This document shows, piece by piece, positions 29,312 to 40,920 of a DNA stretch of 64,000 bases. Position 1 is the first letter of the stretch. Every line of letters starts with the position of its first letter. The notes under the pieces were generated by a model, which was not told the origin of the DNA, ran no database searches, and saw only the letters and a program-made list of their open reading frames with translations. The translations under genes were made by a program, and so were the position numbers. The stretch is from a virus: IMG/VR virus record IMGVR_UViG_3300033156_000272, positions 23,094 through 87,093 of that record. One strand, 5' to 3'.

Positions 29312-30478
29312 TTAATCTACAATCACCACTAGAGTCTTTGCTCTTCCCCCGCCTTTGGTGTTTTCGTCCTTTATAAACTTAATCATACTCATGCGGGACA
29401 TTGCCTGTAGAATATCAGAGCTACGCCTCCAATCCATCCCGAATACGGCAAGCTTCTTTTTGACTTCGGTAACCGTTGCATAGTTCATCTCTTTTAATAT
29501 TTCGAATACCTGTGTGAACTCGGTCCCTCTGTTCAGCTCTCCTCTCCACATATTTTCCATCTTGAATAGTTTGTAGAGTTCAGGAAATGCCTTAATTGTG
29601 AGATGCTTGTCGAACGTTTTGGCTCTTGCAATATTCATTCCGAGGGCAAACCGCTCATACAAGGGCTCCTCGTAGTGAGGAACATCTATTTCATCGAGCC
29701 ATTTATATATCATGGGATCATAAGAGACTGACGTTATGGCCTTTAACCCTTCCTTCATGTGTTCAATATCCTTTCTGATTTCCATAAGGATTCTAACATT
29801 CGGTCTGATATTTCTGCCGTCTCTTCTTGCTAGCTTGATTGCATGGCGCTCTTGTTCATTAGGTATGAATATCATGAACATCAACCTTCGCGGAAGACCA
29901 GAGGAGAGATCTATGCGACACGGCTGGCTACCCGTCCACAGCGATAGTCTTGTCTGATATTGTATCTTTCCCATGGCGAGGCGCTTTATTACAAACCCTT
30001 GGTCAAGTGCCGTAAGCATAGCATTATCTAGATTGACGGAATGTTCCATTTTCATGGCGTTTGTTAAGGCCGCGAATTCGTCGATCCCTAAGATTCCGTT
30101 GCGATGTTCATATGCTGCACCCGGTACTTCAGTAGGATCGCCGTCTATCATACGAATACTTCCGGTGAACGCTGCTTCTGTCATTACACCTTCCATCCCG
30201 TGTGGTACGCCGCCACCATATAGTATACTCCCTTTGCCTATGAGAAACTTTTGCAGTATGGTGGTTTTGAGATATCCGGGTGGTGCAACGAAGAAGATAT
30301 TCATCCTCATTTGAGGGATCTTGCCGCCTTCGTAATAGAACTCTCGTTTCTGATTTTCCAGGTTGAAGAGATGCGCGCCTACACTCGCAGAGTAGAACGG
30401 TACGAACCGCTCATGGTAGACTATCCTTGCGTGATCGAAATACTCTAGCGTACTATCGTAGAACGTCAATTGTTTCAC
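29312..30478 (-). CDS. Short MCM-like AAA+ helicase with a C-terminal winged helix
   Basis: Walker A 'APPGYLKT', 'MTEAAFTGSI', Walker B 'GILGIDEF', 'ALDQG', arginine finger 'GLPRR'. Confidence 0.7.
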   Translation of the reverse strand: MKQLTFYDSTLEYFDHARIVYHERFVPFYSASVGAHLFNLENQKREFYYEGGKIPQMRMNIFFVAPPGYLKTTILQKFLIGKGSILYGGGVPHGMEGVMTEAAFTGSIRMIDGDPTEVPGAAYEHRNGILGIDEFAALTNAMKMEHSVNLDNAMLTALDQGFVIKRLAMGKIQYQTRLSLWTGSQPCRIDLSSGLPRRLMFMIFIPNEQERHAIKLARRDGRNIRPNVRILMEIRKDIEHMKEGLKAITSVSYDPMIYKWLDEIDVPHYEEPLYERFALGMNIARAKTFDKHLTIKAFPELYKLFKMENMWRGELNRGTEFTQVFEILKEMNYATVTEVKKKLAVFGMDWRRSSDILQAMSRMSMIKFIKDENTKGGGRAKTLVVIVD

Positions 30479-31158
30479 CCGTTCAGCTTCCGGTGTATTG
30501 TCCTAGCAGTTACTGGTCCAACACCGTTCACTGACACGAGTTGTTTATGGTCCGCCTCTGCGACACCATGGAGACTTACGAATCTATCAAGTAGCTTCTT
30601 AGCTGTGTTTCTTGTTACACCCGGTATAAACTCAGTGAGTATATCTACTGGAGTTAATTCTGCTTTGGTCCTGGCTAACTGCTGCTTCCCATATTTCCCT
30701 TCTTTTATTTTTTCAAATATCCGTTTTACAAGTTCGATTGCTTGATCGTCAGTTTCCACCCAAAGTATATGGAAATTGTTTCTAACCATGATTGATGCAA
30801 GTGAGCCGTAGATAACACTTGTGTTCACTTTCATCTTCATCTTTGCCATTCGCAGAATTACATCGTCTAATCTTCCAACTATGAGGAGTATGCGCAGAGG
30901 ATAGTGTCTCGTCATCATCTCCGTTTGTTTGAATATCCTTCTCGACTGTATAGAGTTTACGAGATCTTGCACCCGCTTGCGCTCTATGCCTACTAGCCAT
31001 TCACTGTGGCCATCTTTTTCTTTTTTACGCAGCGCAAAATCTCCACATTGTAATGCCATCTTTGTATAATCAAGTTTCCTTCTGTCTGCTATTGCAAACA
31101 CAAAGGACTTCTCTCTACTGTCCATTGCTATCTCATATTCATCAGACATTTTAACCAC
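30475..31158 (-). CDS. ERCC4/XPF-family structure-specific nuclease with HhH motifs
   Basis: 'DSRE', 'GDF', 'IERK..QDL..S', 'IPGV', 'GVGPVTA'. Confidence 0.93.
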   Translation of the reverse strand: MVKMSDEYEIAMDSREKSFVFAIADRRKLDYTKMALQCGDFALRKKEKDGHSEWLVGIERKRVQDLVNSIQSRRIFKQTEMMTRHYPLRILLIVGRLDDVILRMAKMKMKVNTSVIYGSLASIMVRNNFHILWVETDDQAIELVKRIFEKIKEGKYGKQQLARTKAELTPVDILTEFIPGVTRNTAKKLLDRFVSLHGVAEADHKQLVSVNGVGPVTARTIHRKLNG

Positions 31159-31173
31159 CTACTGCTAATTTCA

Positions 31174-31698
31174 TTACTCGATCTTTCGTGCATAAATTTC
31201 TATTTCCCCTAGTGCGTATGTCTCTATTTCTATACCCTCATAACCTAGTTCAAACAGGGTACTCCTATAATACTGATTGAATGCAAGTATATCATCATAG
31301 CGGTCGTCTACTTCAACCATTTTTGCTGGGTCAGGACAGAGTAGGAATACTACATGCGGGTGTGGAGATATCCAAATAAACCATCTAGATATCTTCTTTA
31401 ATGATGGAACATTATACTTCTGAGATAGATACCTGCCATATACTACAGCATCTATATAACATCTGTCCAGTAATGTTACTTTATTGAATCGTAATTTTAT
31501 GTACTGTTTCGCTCTGTCAAACGCGAACAATACTTCACGAATTTTTAACCAAGTTTTATTATCCGTAACTGGTAATTTCCTCATCAGAGGAGCTGCGTGG
31601 ATGTTCTCCATCTTCTCCCCGAACCGCTCTCTTATCAGCGTCGTCTTTCCTGCTTTGTCGACACCAATTACTGCTATTAGTTCTTTTTTCACTTTCAT
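31174..31698 (-). CDS. Thymidylate-kinase-like dNMP kinase
   Basis: 'GVDKAGKTT', 'LFAFDR', 'LLDRCY', 'PHVVFLL'. Confidence 0.8.
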   Translation of the reverse strand: MKVKKELIAVIGVDKAGKTTLIRERFGEKMENIHAAPLMRKLPVTDNKTWLKIREVLFAFDRAKQYIKLRFNKVTLLDRCYIDAVVYGRYLSQKYNVPSLKKISRWFIWISPHPHVVFLLCPDPAKMVEVDDRYDDILAFNQYYRSTLFELGYEGIEIETYALGEIEIYARKIE

Positions 31699-32050
31699 TG
31701 GATTCCTCCGTTTTTCGGGTTTTATTCATTCGAGCAAGATCCTGTACGTTCTGACCAAGCGACCATAATAGAAATATAATACGCAGGTCACGGGAATTAA
31801 TATATTCATCTGTTGGAGTCTCCATCAGGGCTCTCTCCAGCGTCCATTCGCTTCATATGTAATAGAAAGTCTGCCATTAGTCCATTAAATTCGGACTCGA
31901 GAAGCGCGCACGTTTCATATGCAACACAACCCGTATTCCGTTCTTTTTCGTTCTGCCACTTTTTCAAGTATGAACGAATCAGCCTCTTAGATTCTGATAG
32001 TACTTCTTCTGCATTCAAACAATTTCCTCCTTACTTTATCACGATAGTAA

Positions 32051-32072
32051 TATATAAATGGGTTGGTGTTAC
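32051..32072 (-). promoter_or_regulatory. Promoter: GTAACACC-N6-TTTATATA
   Basis: Matches the recurring consensus; intergenic. Confidence 0.6.
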
Positions 32073-32074
32073 TA

Positions 32075-32398
32075 TTACTCTAATCCTGAGCGATGTCGAT
32101 CTTTGAGTTCGGCGATCTTACCTGAGTTCCATGAGCTAACCCTTGAAAAGAACCCGGTCACTCTGGTCATCTGCTGAATGTTCCTACCATTGTGCAGTTG
32201 GCGTATTATGTCGTTGGATGTTACGTTACTCATGTTGGCTGTATCTATTATGATAGCACATTCATCTTCGTCGTCTTCAAACTTGATTATGATGCTACCC
32301 GGTTTTTCTGGGTGTTCTGACCATACTAGTCTGTCGTACGACTCTAAAAACTTATCTAGTTCTTTTCTGTCCATGTTTATACACCTCTTGTATTCCAT
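32075..32398 (-). CDS. Stand-alone NrdD-like glycyl-radical C-terminal domain
   Basis: 'MTRVTGFFSRVSSWNSGKIAELKDRHR' matches the NrdD C-terminus. Confidence 0.8.
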   Translation of the reverse strand: MEYKRCINMDRKELDKFLESYDRLVWSEHPEKPGSIIIKFEDDEDECAIIIDTANMSNVTSNDIIRQLHNGRNIQQMTRVTGFFSRVSSWNSGKIAELKDRHRSGLE

Positions 32399-33452
32399 TA
32401 AACGCCATTAGGCCGAGTTCAATTCCTTGGATCGCAAGTCGTTTTCCGCTGGGCATTATGATAAGTACGTGACCATCATCAGAGCCACTTCCGGATGCAA
32501 ATCCAACGCGCTCTGCGTAGTTATCTCTCTGTACAGCACATCCTGCATTAATTATAAGTCTCTGAAGCCCGCCGACCTTGCTCTGGCAAACTCCGGGATT
32601 ATGGGTATGTGCGTGTATTAGTATGTCGCAGTCTCTGGCCCTCTCTGCGTTGTCAAACAATACGGCTCTAAATCCTGCCTGAAAAGGATGATACTGTGAA
32701 TGTCCCTTTCCCTTGTGTCGTGCGTATATGCGGGTGAGGTGATCTCCCACTCTGAGTGCTGCGGGTTCGCCGTACCATCCATATTTCGTCTCGCTGTATG
32801 TTTGGGCAATATGACCAGATATATCAAAGTGGTCGGATATGTAACTGCGAGCTTCGTGGTTTCCCTCCCATAAACATAAAAGCTTCCTTTTGCATAGCCC
32901 AAGCAAGTAGGTCACCATATCTAGCTGCTCGCTCTTAGCTACAAGATCAATCGCGTCGTCGGGAGCCTTTGTGTTGAGAGAGTTGTCAATTATATCTCCG
33001 ATGAGAAAGAGATAACAGTTCGGTGTCTTTCCTACCTGTTCAAACACCCACTTGGTATATGGATAGCGAGCGGCTGCTAGACCAAGGTGCGAGTCTGCAA
33101 GTATTACTATTGCGGTTGGTCCTTTGAATTCCCCGAGCCAAACATATCCCTCTGCAGGGAGCTTCTCCTTCAATACTTCACTAAGGTCACTCACCTTGTT
33201 GAATAACCTTTCTCCATACCTTTCCCTCTCTGTACGAATGAAATATAATGTCTTATATCCCACGCGACTAGAGGTAATTGGATATTGCCATCCCATCTTT
33301 TTGCATCGCTTCTTTATACGGTGCATTGCCTGTTGAACTTGTGGCACTGTAAATCCAAGTTCCTTACCTAACTCTGCTGATGTTGTTCCGTCTTCATGAG
33401 ATGTTATTGCATCTATTACTAGTGATTCCTTATCTGTAAGTATTATATTCAT
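32352..33452 (-). CDS. HTH plus calcineurin-like metallophosphoesterase
   Basis: 'ADSHLG', 'GDIID', 'GNHE', 'RHKG', 'HAHTH'; N-terminal HTH. Confidence 0.88.
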   Translation of the reverse strand: MNIILTDKESLVIDAITSHEDGTTSAELGKELGFTVPQVQQAMHRIKKRCKKMGWQYPITSSRVGYKTLYFIRTERERYGERLFNKVSDLSEVLKEKLPAEGYVWLGEFKGPTAIVILADSHLGLAAARYPYTKWVFEQVGKTPNCYLFLIGDIIDNSLNTKAPDDAIDLVAKSEQLDMVTYLLGLCKRKLLCLWEGNHEARSYISDHFDISGHIAQTYSETKYGWYGEPAALRVGDHLTRIYARHKGKGHSQYHPFQAGFRAVLFDNAERARDCDILIHAHTHNPGVCQSKVGGLQRLIINAGCAVQRDNYAERVGFASGSGSDDGHVLIIMPSGKRLAIQGIELGLMAFNGIQEVYKHGQKRTR

Positions 33453-33893
33453 ATTTTCACCTTAGGCATTTGGGGCAAATTCCTTCTTCATCTGATATGA
33501 TGTTGCATTGACAACTTGTTTTATATCCTTTGTGACACCGTCGGCATAAATATATGCACATATCATTTCTCCAAGAATTTGTCGAGTTGATCCTTCACGA
33601 TCTTGTACATCTCAATCTTCTTGGTGAGCTCTTGCTTATCTTCTTCAAGATTGAATATTTGTACTTGCATCTCTTCAATGAGTTCGTCTCTGGCAACTAT
33701 CTCTGACATAATCTTCTCGAATATTTTTTCAATATCAGCTTTCTCTATCATCACTTTCACCCTCCTCGAACGATTCCAGTGTCCCGTATACACATCGCTT
33801 AATAGCTGCCTGCTCGATGGAAGTGAGTTGTATCTTCTCCTTTCCCCTCTCGAGCAAGTTTTTAAGAATTAAGCGAGCTGATTCATTGTCCAC

Positions 33894-34637
33894 TCATATC
33901 CCTCTTGTTTTCTCTGGCCAGACAATCTTATGGATCTGTAGAACAAACTTCACACAGGTGAAGGGCATGAGGGATTGTAATTTGATCACTCCATCAGCAA
34001 CAGCTTGTGCATTCACGCATTTGTTATTGTCGTCAAATATTGGAGATATGTGTACCTCTGGATTATTTCCCAACTTACTCACTATATCAGGTATGAGAGT
34101 TATATGCTTCCATTCTCCGACAACAAACTTGAGGCAATCACAGTCATCTAGTGCTTCATAGTTGTTGGGGTGAAAGTATGCATTAAATTTATAGTCACAT
34201 ACAAAACAGTCGACCCATGGAAAGGATTCTATGTTCTGTGTACCGTTCGTTTCTAGTACAATGTGAAAATCTTCTTCGGAAAGCGCACTCAGAAGTCTGT
34301 CCATGTTTGCGTGTATAAGTGGCTCTCCGCCAGTTATACATATACTATTAATTTTGGTGTCTTCTCTTATCGTCACGATTTCTGCCATGATGTCATTGAC
34401 AGACATCACTTTCCCGTGGTGTGCATACTTTGAATCACAATAATCGCAATTCAAGTTGCACCCTGCTACACGAATGAATATCTCAGGAAGGCCCTGCATT
34501 GGACCCTCCCCTTGTAGCGATACGAATATCTCGACAACCTCTAGGGGGGCGTCATAATATTCTTCTGCAGATATATCTTCGTATAACGATTCTACATCTT
34601 CGTTCTTCGGTTCAGTTTCTTGTTTAGTCTGAGACAT
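33894..34637 (-). CDS. queE: 7-carboxy-7-deazaguanine synthase (radical SAM)
   Basis: 'EIFVSLQGEG', 'FIRVAGCNLNCDYCDS', 'TGGEP', 'ETNGT', 'LQIHKIVW'. Confidence 0.95.
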   Translation of the reverse strand: MSQTKQETEPKNEDVESLYEDISAEEYYDAPLEVVEIFVSLQGEGPMQGLPEIFIRVAGCNLNCDYCDSKYAHHGKVMSVNDIMAEIVTIREDTKINSICITGGEPLIHANMDRLLSALSEEDFHIVLETNGTQNIESFPWVDCFVCDYKFNAYFHPNNYEALDDCDCLKFVVGEWKHITLIPDIVSKLGNNPEVHISPIFDDNNKCVNAQAVADGVIKLQSLMPFTCVKFVLQIHKIVWPEKTRGI

Positions 34638-34673
34638 TTTATCTGCCTCCTATTTACTATATAGTTGTAATAT

Positions 34674-34695
34674 TATAAGTACTATTTGTAATTAC
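34674..34695 (-). promoter_or_regulatory. Promoter: GTAATTAC-N6-TACTTATA
   Basis: Matches the recurring consensus; upstream of queE. Confidence 0.55.
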
Positions 34696-36105
34696 TTATC
34701 CCAGCTCACCAACTATCGTAGTTCGTAATATCGGCCGTTATATACTGCTTTGAGTACTTTGCTACTGCGAGTATCTGCATTCCAATCCCGGATTCTCTGC
34801 ACTCAAACCATATATCATCGGTGCCTCTGTGAATGCTCTTGAACTGCTCCCATCGAGCCACCTCTGTTTCATTTAGTATTATTCTTTTCATACTACACCC
34901 CTCCATATTCTTGGTTGCACCACGGACAATGGCACACAGGGATAATGGCCTCATCCTTCTCTGCATCTGCTATCACATTCATTATCTCATCGAGCACAGA
35001 ACAAAGCGGTTCGGGTAGGTCTTTTATTTGGCTCCTGAGATACCGCTCGGTTTCCTTATCCATCGAAGTTACTTCCTTTTTGCTTTATATATACACTTGA
35101 GTATGGGAAAATGATCTAAACATTCTTGTTTGTATAAGCAACTATCGCAGATGGTCGGAGTATTCTTTAGCATCTCTATTAGCTCACAGTTGGTTATCTC
35201 ACTCATTGGGCTCATTCCACCAGACTATTTCGGTCCATCCAAATGGACCCCTTTCTTTATTTATTTCCATAAGATGTTGTACACAGACATTTGACCAAGA
35301 ACCTTCGCGCTCGAAAAATATCTCGCAGTAAGCTCTGGCAGTACATCCTTTAACATCGCACGTTGGCCATAATCGAAGGACGAACAATCGAAGGTGGTTA
35401 ATTAACCATTCTTTGAAGTCCCACCATCTCCAACGTACGTTCGTGTACCAAGGGATACTTATCTTGCTCCCCTCTGGGAATACCTCTTCCCACGAACACA
35501 TGCGTGAATGTGCTTTCGTTCTGTCCTGTGTTTGGATTGCTGCTTCAAGAGAATTGTACATCATTCACCTTTTTACTGGGAATTTGTAGTCGCTTGTCTT
35601 TGGTGCGTATTTGAACAAGAACCAAGCGAGTTCGCGCCTTGCCCTTTTGTTCGATAGTCGCAGTCCCGTCATGACGAACTTGACTGCCCACTCTCGATAT
35701 TCATCTTCTTCTGCCATCGTCCACTCGAGCTTTGACCACTGTTCCTGCGCGTCCTCGGCATGTCTGTCAAAGTCTGGCCACTTCTCAAATAGCTTGTCGA
35801 GAAGGTTATCTACTACTTCTTCTATTTTCATATATCTTTCCTCCCCACGATTGAGAGCAATTTGTCGTATATTGTTATAGTATGTTCCAATGCTTCATCG
35901 ATCCTTTCTTGTGGGATCTCTTGAGCATCGATCTTCGCGGCTTCGTACTCGGCCGAATTACAACATCCGTCACAACCATGACTCCACCAAGCAGAGTCGT
36001 TAGTATGTTCTAGAGGCACTCTAACTGTATGGCCAACTCCGTGAATACATATCCATTCCAATCGCCCGTCACCACGCAATACAAAGTTATAGCTTCCTTC
36101 TTTCA

Positions 36106-36468
36106 TTAGCCTTCCTCCAGCAGTTCTGGGTTATCATAGATGTTACCAATGATTTCTCCTTTGTGAAATTCGAGATGCATTTGGTCATCAAACATAGCCC
36201 AAAAGAAATGTTCTATATCTTTGATTACATACTGATAACCATTTTTGAATCGCACTACATCCCCTTCGTATATCTCCCTGACGTACTTATCCTTCTTGCT
36301 TGTGTATTGACCAACACTTTCAGGTACTACAATGGTGGTAGCCATCATCCGGTATGAAATATTATCCTTCGGATAATGTATCTTATGCTCATTATTACTA
36401 TAAAGATAATAGCCGTAGACCCAATCGCCGCCATCAATCTCTTTTCCTCTGAACTTTATCTCTCTCAT
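36106..36468 (-). CDS. YopX-family protein
   Basis: 'MREIKFRGK...WVYG...VGQYT..KDK...EIYEGD...IIGNIYDNPELLE'. Confidence 0.95.
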   Translation of the reverse strand: MREIKFRGKEIDGGDWVYGYYLYSNNEHKIHYPKDNISYRMMATTIVVPESVGQYTSKKDKYVREIYEGDVVRFKNGYQYVIKDIEHFFWAMFDDQMHLEFHKGEIIGNIYDNPELLEEG

Positions 36469-36689
36469 TCTATTTCACCTTCCCAGGCAGCCTCCTCTCC
36501 CCAAGCAGCCTCCTCTCTCCAAGACGCCTTTATCATTTCCATCATATCATCCCTGGTCAGTTCGCCCTCGATGATATGGCCTGTGCCGTTACACTCTTCG
36601 CACATCTGTTTATGAGGGAAAATCGCCACTGCTGCTACGTCGTAAATTATTCCCTTTCCGCTACATTTCTTACAGTGAGTTACTTTCAT
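36465..36689 (-). CDS. DnaJ-type zinc-finger microprotein
   Basis: Two CxxCxGxG motifs; EEAAW repeat at the C-terminus. Confidence 0.7.
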   Translation of the reverse strand: MKVTHCKKCSGKGIIYDVAAVAIFPHKQMCEECNGTGHIIEGELTRDDMMEMIKASWREEAAWGEEAAWEGEIE

Positions 36690-39600
36690 TTCATCGTCTC
36701 CAACTCGACCATAAAGATACGCCTTATCTCATCCCCTGTTATTCTTCGCCACCGTTTATTGAGCGGGGGAAAATGTAGATAATCTCCTTCATCACTTTTT
36801 AGCGCCGTAGATGCATAAAATTCTGCGCTATTGGTACTACAATCTAATATTCTCTTGTATACCATATTCCTCCATCTGAAATAACCTACTTGTATGATCT
36901 GCCCCTGATTCGCTACTGGTTCGATAAAATGTAACATTCACTCACCCCCCATCGTTTTCATAGCAACGACCTTCCAAAAAGCAAAGGGCATATCAGTCTT
37001 GTTCAGTTTCGCACAGTAGTCTTGCGCTAACGTTTTTGTGGGGAATGTCTCTCGATACATTCCTCGTGAGCTGTGTTTTAGGCCGTAGACCATCTCTGGT
37101 GCACCATGTGGCGGGGTAGCCGCCGAATCTCCGGTCATACATGGATTTTGTTTGTAATGTTTCACTTGTAGGATACTCGTAAGAGAAACTAGAGATTTCC
37201 CGTCTAGTAAAATCTCTATCCCATTATCTCTTCGGTACACACCGAATATTCCTAGTTCTGTTTTTATCAGTCTGCCACTATATAGCTCATTCATCTAATC
37301 ACCTTCTTTCCATCTCGTCTATATAATCCCCCTCTGCACAGTTAAGACACAGCCATACTACCTTCCCATCTTTCCTGTAGTAGGCCCAGTCGCTTGTGTC
37401 CACATCTTCTTCGGCTATTTCTCTACCACATCTGCATTTTATCATTCCACATCCTCCAAATCCTGGATCTCTCTCACCCTGTGCTCAGCCATCTCGGAAC
37501 CCATACTCAATACGTGGTCCAAATATGAATCCACCATGATAGGCAACCCAAAGAAAAGCTCTGTCTTGTAACCGCACATACATACTATTCGTTTCATTCA
37601 CTCACCTCATTCTTCCAACGGCGGAGGAGTTGTATCACACACCCCACTCAACCTATCTGGACATTCCTTCGCACAATACCGCCTCGACACCCTCCAACTC
37701 CTATCCTTCTTACATGCCACAGTCGCAGTATCATATGGCCATTTAGTCATACGTGCTCACCTCCCCCAGTCGGATACTTCCTCACCTTCTCCTCGGAGTT
37801 CATATCACCTATGCGAATTAATGGTGTTCCAATAGCTCGATGATAAGTAACACAATCTAAACACAAATCTTTGGGCGGGGGAAAGGAGGGGTCAAAGCTA
37901 CAACATTCACTCATTCACCTCACCTCCCAAAGATGTTCAGGATCGTAGACAAAAGTCATTGACGCGTTATCATCTATTTTGTAGTCTCTTTCATCCCGGT
38001 TCCCTTCATTATGCTTGACAAGCCATCCGGTAGGAAGCCTAGCACGCTGAGTACAATACCTTTCCTGCTCTTCCACTAATTCCCATTCTAACTTCATTCA
38101 CATCATCTCCTTTTTCCAATCTACCTGCCTACCACAACCAGGACAGAAGTGGGTATCTTCTGTTATGGCTTTGCAGTGGCAATTTGAACATTCATACCAA
38201 TTACACCACACATCTGTTTTGTATGCAAGAGTTGGATAGCACATATTTTCTTCGTCTTCAGTGCACAGTATGTTGTCCTTTAGATGCTGAGCAGGGCTCC
38301 CTTTCTCTATCTTTTCGATGTGAACTATCACCAGGTCATTAGGTTGTAGGTTTAATGATTCTTTCTTTTTCGATAACCAGTTGTCGAGTAATTTCACTTT
38401 TCTTATTTCCATTTACTTATTCCTCCGCGTTTCCTTTCCATGTATATTCGCCCTCATCTCCGAAAGCATGTTCACCATCACAATCTCTATTTCCATCACT
38501 CATTCCTCCTGAGCTTTCCATATGCATTGTTTAAGAGATGATCGTGATACTTCTCTGGGATGTATATCCACCCGCCACTAGAATGTTCGAGTTGGCATAG
38601 CTTGCAGAATTGGCATTGTCTCAATTCTTCTATTGTTTGCCCGAAGTGATTTATTGCATATAGCCAAGTGTGAATCTTGAATATATGACAGAGAAACTTT
38701 CGAAACATATACACTTACCCTATGAACATTTTTATCATTATTATACCGCCGACAATTGTGAAATTGAGTCCGCCGAATAATAAACAGCCACCTACAAAGT
38801 CATCATGATTGCCATGAATGGACCCGAATAACATTCCACCAAAAAAGGTCGCTGAAATCGTGGACCAAACCAGTAGAAATACTTGTTCTATCATTATATC
38901 ACCTCATATTAATATGTGTAAGAGCCACCTACCGATGCGCGCGTTTCTCTAGACTTCTTAACTGCAAGTTCGAAGTTATCTTTTAACACCTTCTGACATT
39001 GGTTTTTAAGTTCCGTTGTTGACCTGTCGTGAGACTTGGCTTCTATGCTCACTGTTACTTCATGCGTAGCTATAGTTGCCTTGAACTCGTTGAATTGCTC
39101 TTCCTTCTTCTCGTCCTTCTTCTCTTCGCATCCACAATCATCGGTCATCAGGAATCCTCCTTTCCATATCGTTTGTTCCACTCGGCATAAGAAATTTGTA
39201 CCTCCTTAAACACCACGTCATCTATTTTTATGCCGAAACTAACAGTCTCGTTTGGTTGTGTAACAATATGATTACGTCTATTGCCATTAAAGAAATAAAC
39301 CTTCTTCCCGTCGGGGAATTTGTAGTAGTACATTGTGTTCAACATATCACGCTCACTTATTCAACCCGGGAAACTTCTCTTCGGCAGACATCTTGTCTTT
39401 GAGCTTCCGGACTTCAGTCTCTCCTCTGTCCATAGTCCTCTTCATGGTATTGGGTTTCACTAGCTTCAAGAACAACCTCCCTCTCTTGAATCTGGTTATC
39501 TTGAAACTTAATCCCTTAACCTCAACTATCTCGCCCTCGTGAAAAGGTTTGCTATATCTCGCTCTATTGCTCTCTGGTATCTCGTCGTAAGGTACTACTT

Positions 39601-39755
39601 CTCCGGTGTCTTCATTCATCTATATCACCACCATTTCTGCACTTTGGGCATCTGCATATATCTGTACACTGGTCGGGATCATCCTCTGTAACTTCTAGTC
39701 CTTCATTTCTGCAAAAGAAATGCAACCCACAGTTTTTACAAATTGCCATATCTAC

Positions 39756-40214
39756 TCACATCTCCACAATCATATGGCCCGTGCCATTACACTTCTTGCA
39801 CTTCAGCCAAACAGTTCTGCGAGGTATTGTATTATATTCTAACTGGTCGACTATCTCGCCTCTTCCACCACACTCATCACAATGCGTGAATGTTGCAATG
39901 TTGTTATAGTTTATTCGTTCGTCGGCCATTGATTTTGTTAAACAATCTTCTGTGGGTTGCGGGTCTGGGAATCCTATCACTCTTCTATTTGGAGGGGAAA
40001 GAGGGATTTCTCCCTCGGGTTTTGGTTCTTGCGGCATTACGTCAGAGATTAAGTGACCTATCCCACTGGAATCGTCTTCCAATAGAAATTTCACTGCCTC
40101 TATTCCGTTTTTACATCCGCCTTTTACTATGCGTGTATTTGCGAACATGGCATAGTAATGTTCTCCATCTTGGTCCATTCCTACTATTATGTTTACTTCA
40201 TTCATTGTACTCAT
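39756..40214 (-). CDS. Protein with a C-terminal DnaJ-type zinc finger
   Basis: CDECGGRG...CKKCNGTG. Confidence 0.65.
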   Translation of the reverse strand: MSTMNEVNIIVGMDQDGEHYYAMFANTRIVKGGCKNGIEAVKFLLEDDSSGIGHLISDVMPQEPKPEGEIPLSPPNRRVIGFPDPQPTEDCLTKSMADERINYNNIATFTHCDECGGRGEIVDQLEYNTIPRRTVWLKCKKCNGTGHMIVEM

Positions 40215-40389
40215 CCCCTTAGTATGCTGCGTAGTTCATTTTGGATGTATGAAAGGTCTTCATGATAGTTGTCTAACAGCTCCAACTTATCTTCATCGGC
40301 AGCTGTCTTATTCCAGTGAAGACCGAGATCTGTGACACTCGCCAGACAATTACTCACTATGATCTCTAGTCGCAACAATCTGTTCAACA

Positions 40390-40920
40390 TTATTTTCTTC
40401 CGCATCTGATCCGCTCCATCTCTTTGTTGTGTTCTTCATCACATTTGTCACAGCGACACTGTACATATCCATCCGAGCGAATAGTACCGGGCTTCCCGCA
40501 AGTTTCACATGTTCTGCGCGATATTGAAGTTGCGAAATCTATTGCTCCGTAAAAGTAGGTAGATCCATCTTTGCGCCAATTAGTTATCTTTTCCCACTGT
40601 TCATCGGTAAGAGGCTTTTCGTTAAACGATTCACACTCCTCTCTAGAATAGTTATACATCACAGTGTATACACGCAACTCGCCCCACTTCTCCTTAATTT
40701 GAGAGAATTCTACTCTCGGGTAGTGCCTCCAGTTTCTCTTCATATTGAAGTCGATGAAACGGCATAACGTTTCGAGTAAGTCATACCACCCGTCATCACA
40801 CCCGAGGCCGAAGGCCATCGGACATATCATCTCACCTTTCTTCGGTACGTATGTTGCTTGTACAAACAACTCTGGGTATGATTTATATAGCTTATCTTGT
40901 AGTTCTGCTCTCATTTGCAT
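40390..40920 (-). CDS. Conserved viral hypothetical protein
   Basis: 'CDDGWY.L', 'QIKEKWGELRVY', 'CETCGKPG...C..C'. Confidence 0.75.
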   Translation of the reverse strand: MQMRAELQDKLYKSYPELFVQATYVPKKGEMICPMAFGLGCDDGWYDLLETLCRFIDFNMKRNWRHYPRVEFSQIKEKWGELRVYTVMYNYSREECESFNEKPLTDEQWEKITNWRKDGSTYFYGAIDFATSISRRTCETCGKPGTIRSDGYVQCRCDKCDEEHNKEMERIRCGRK

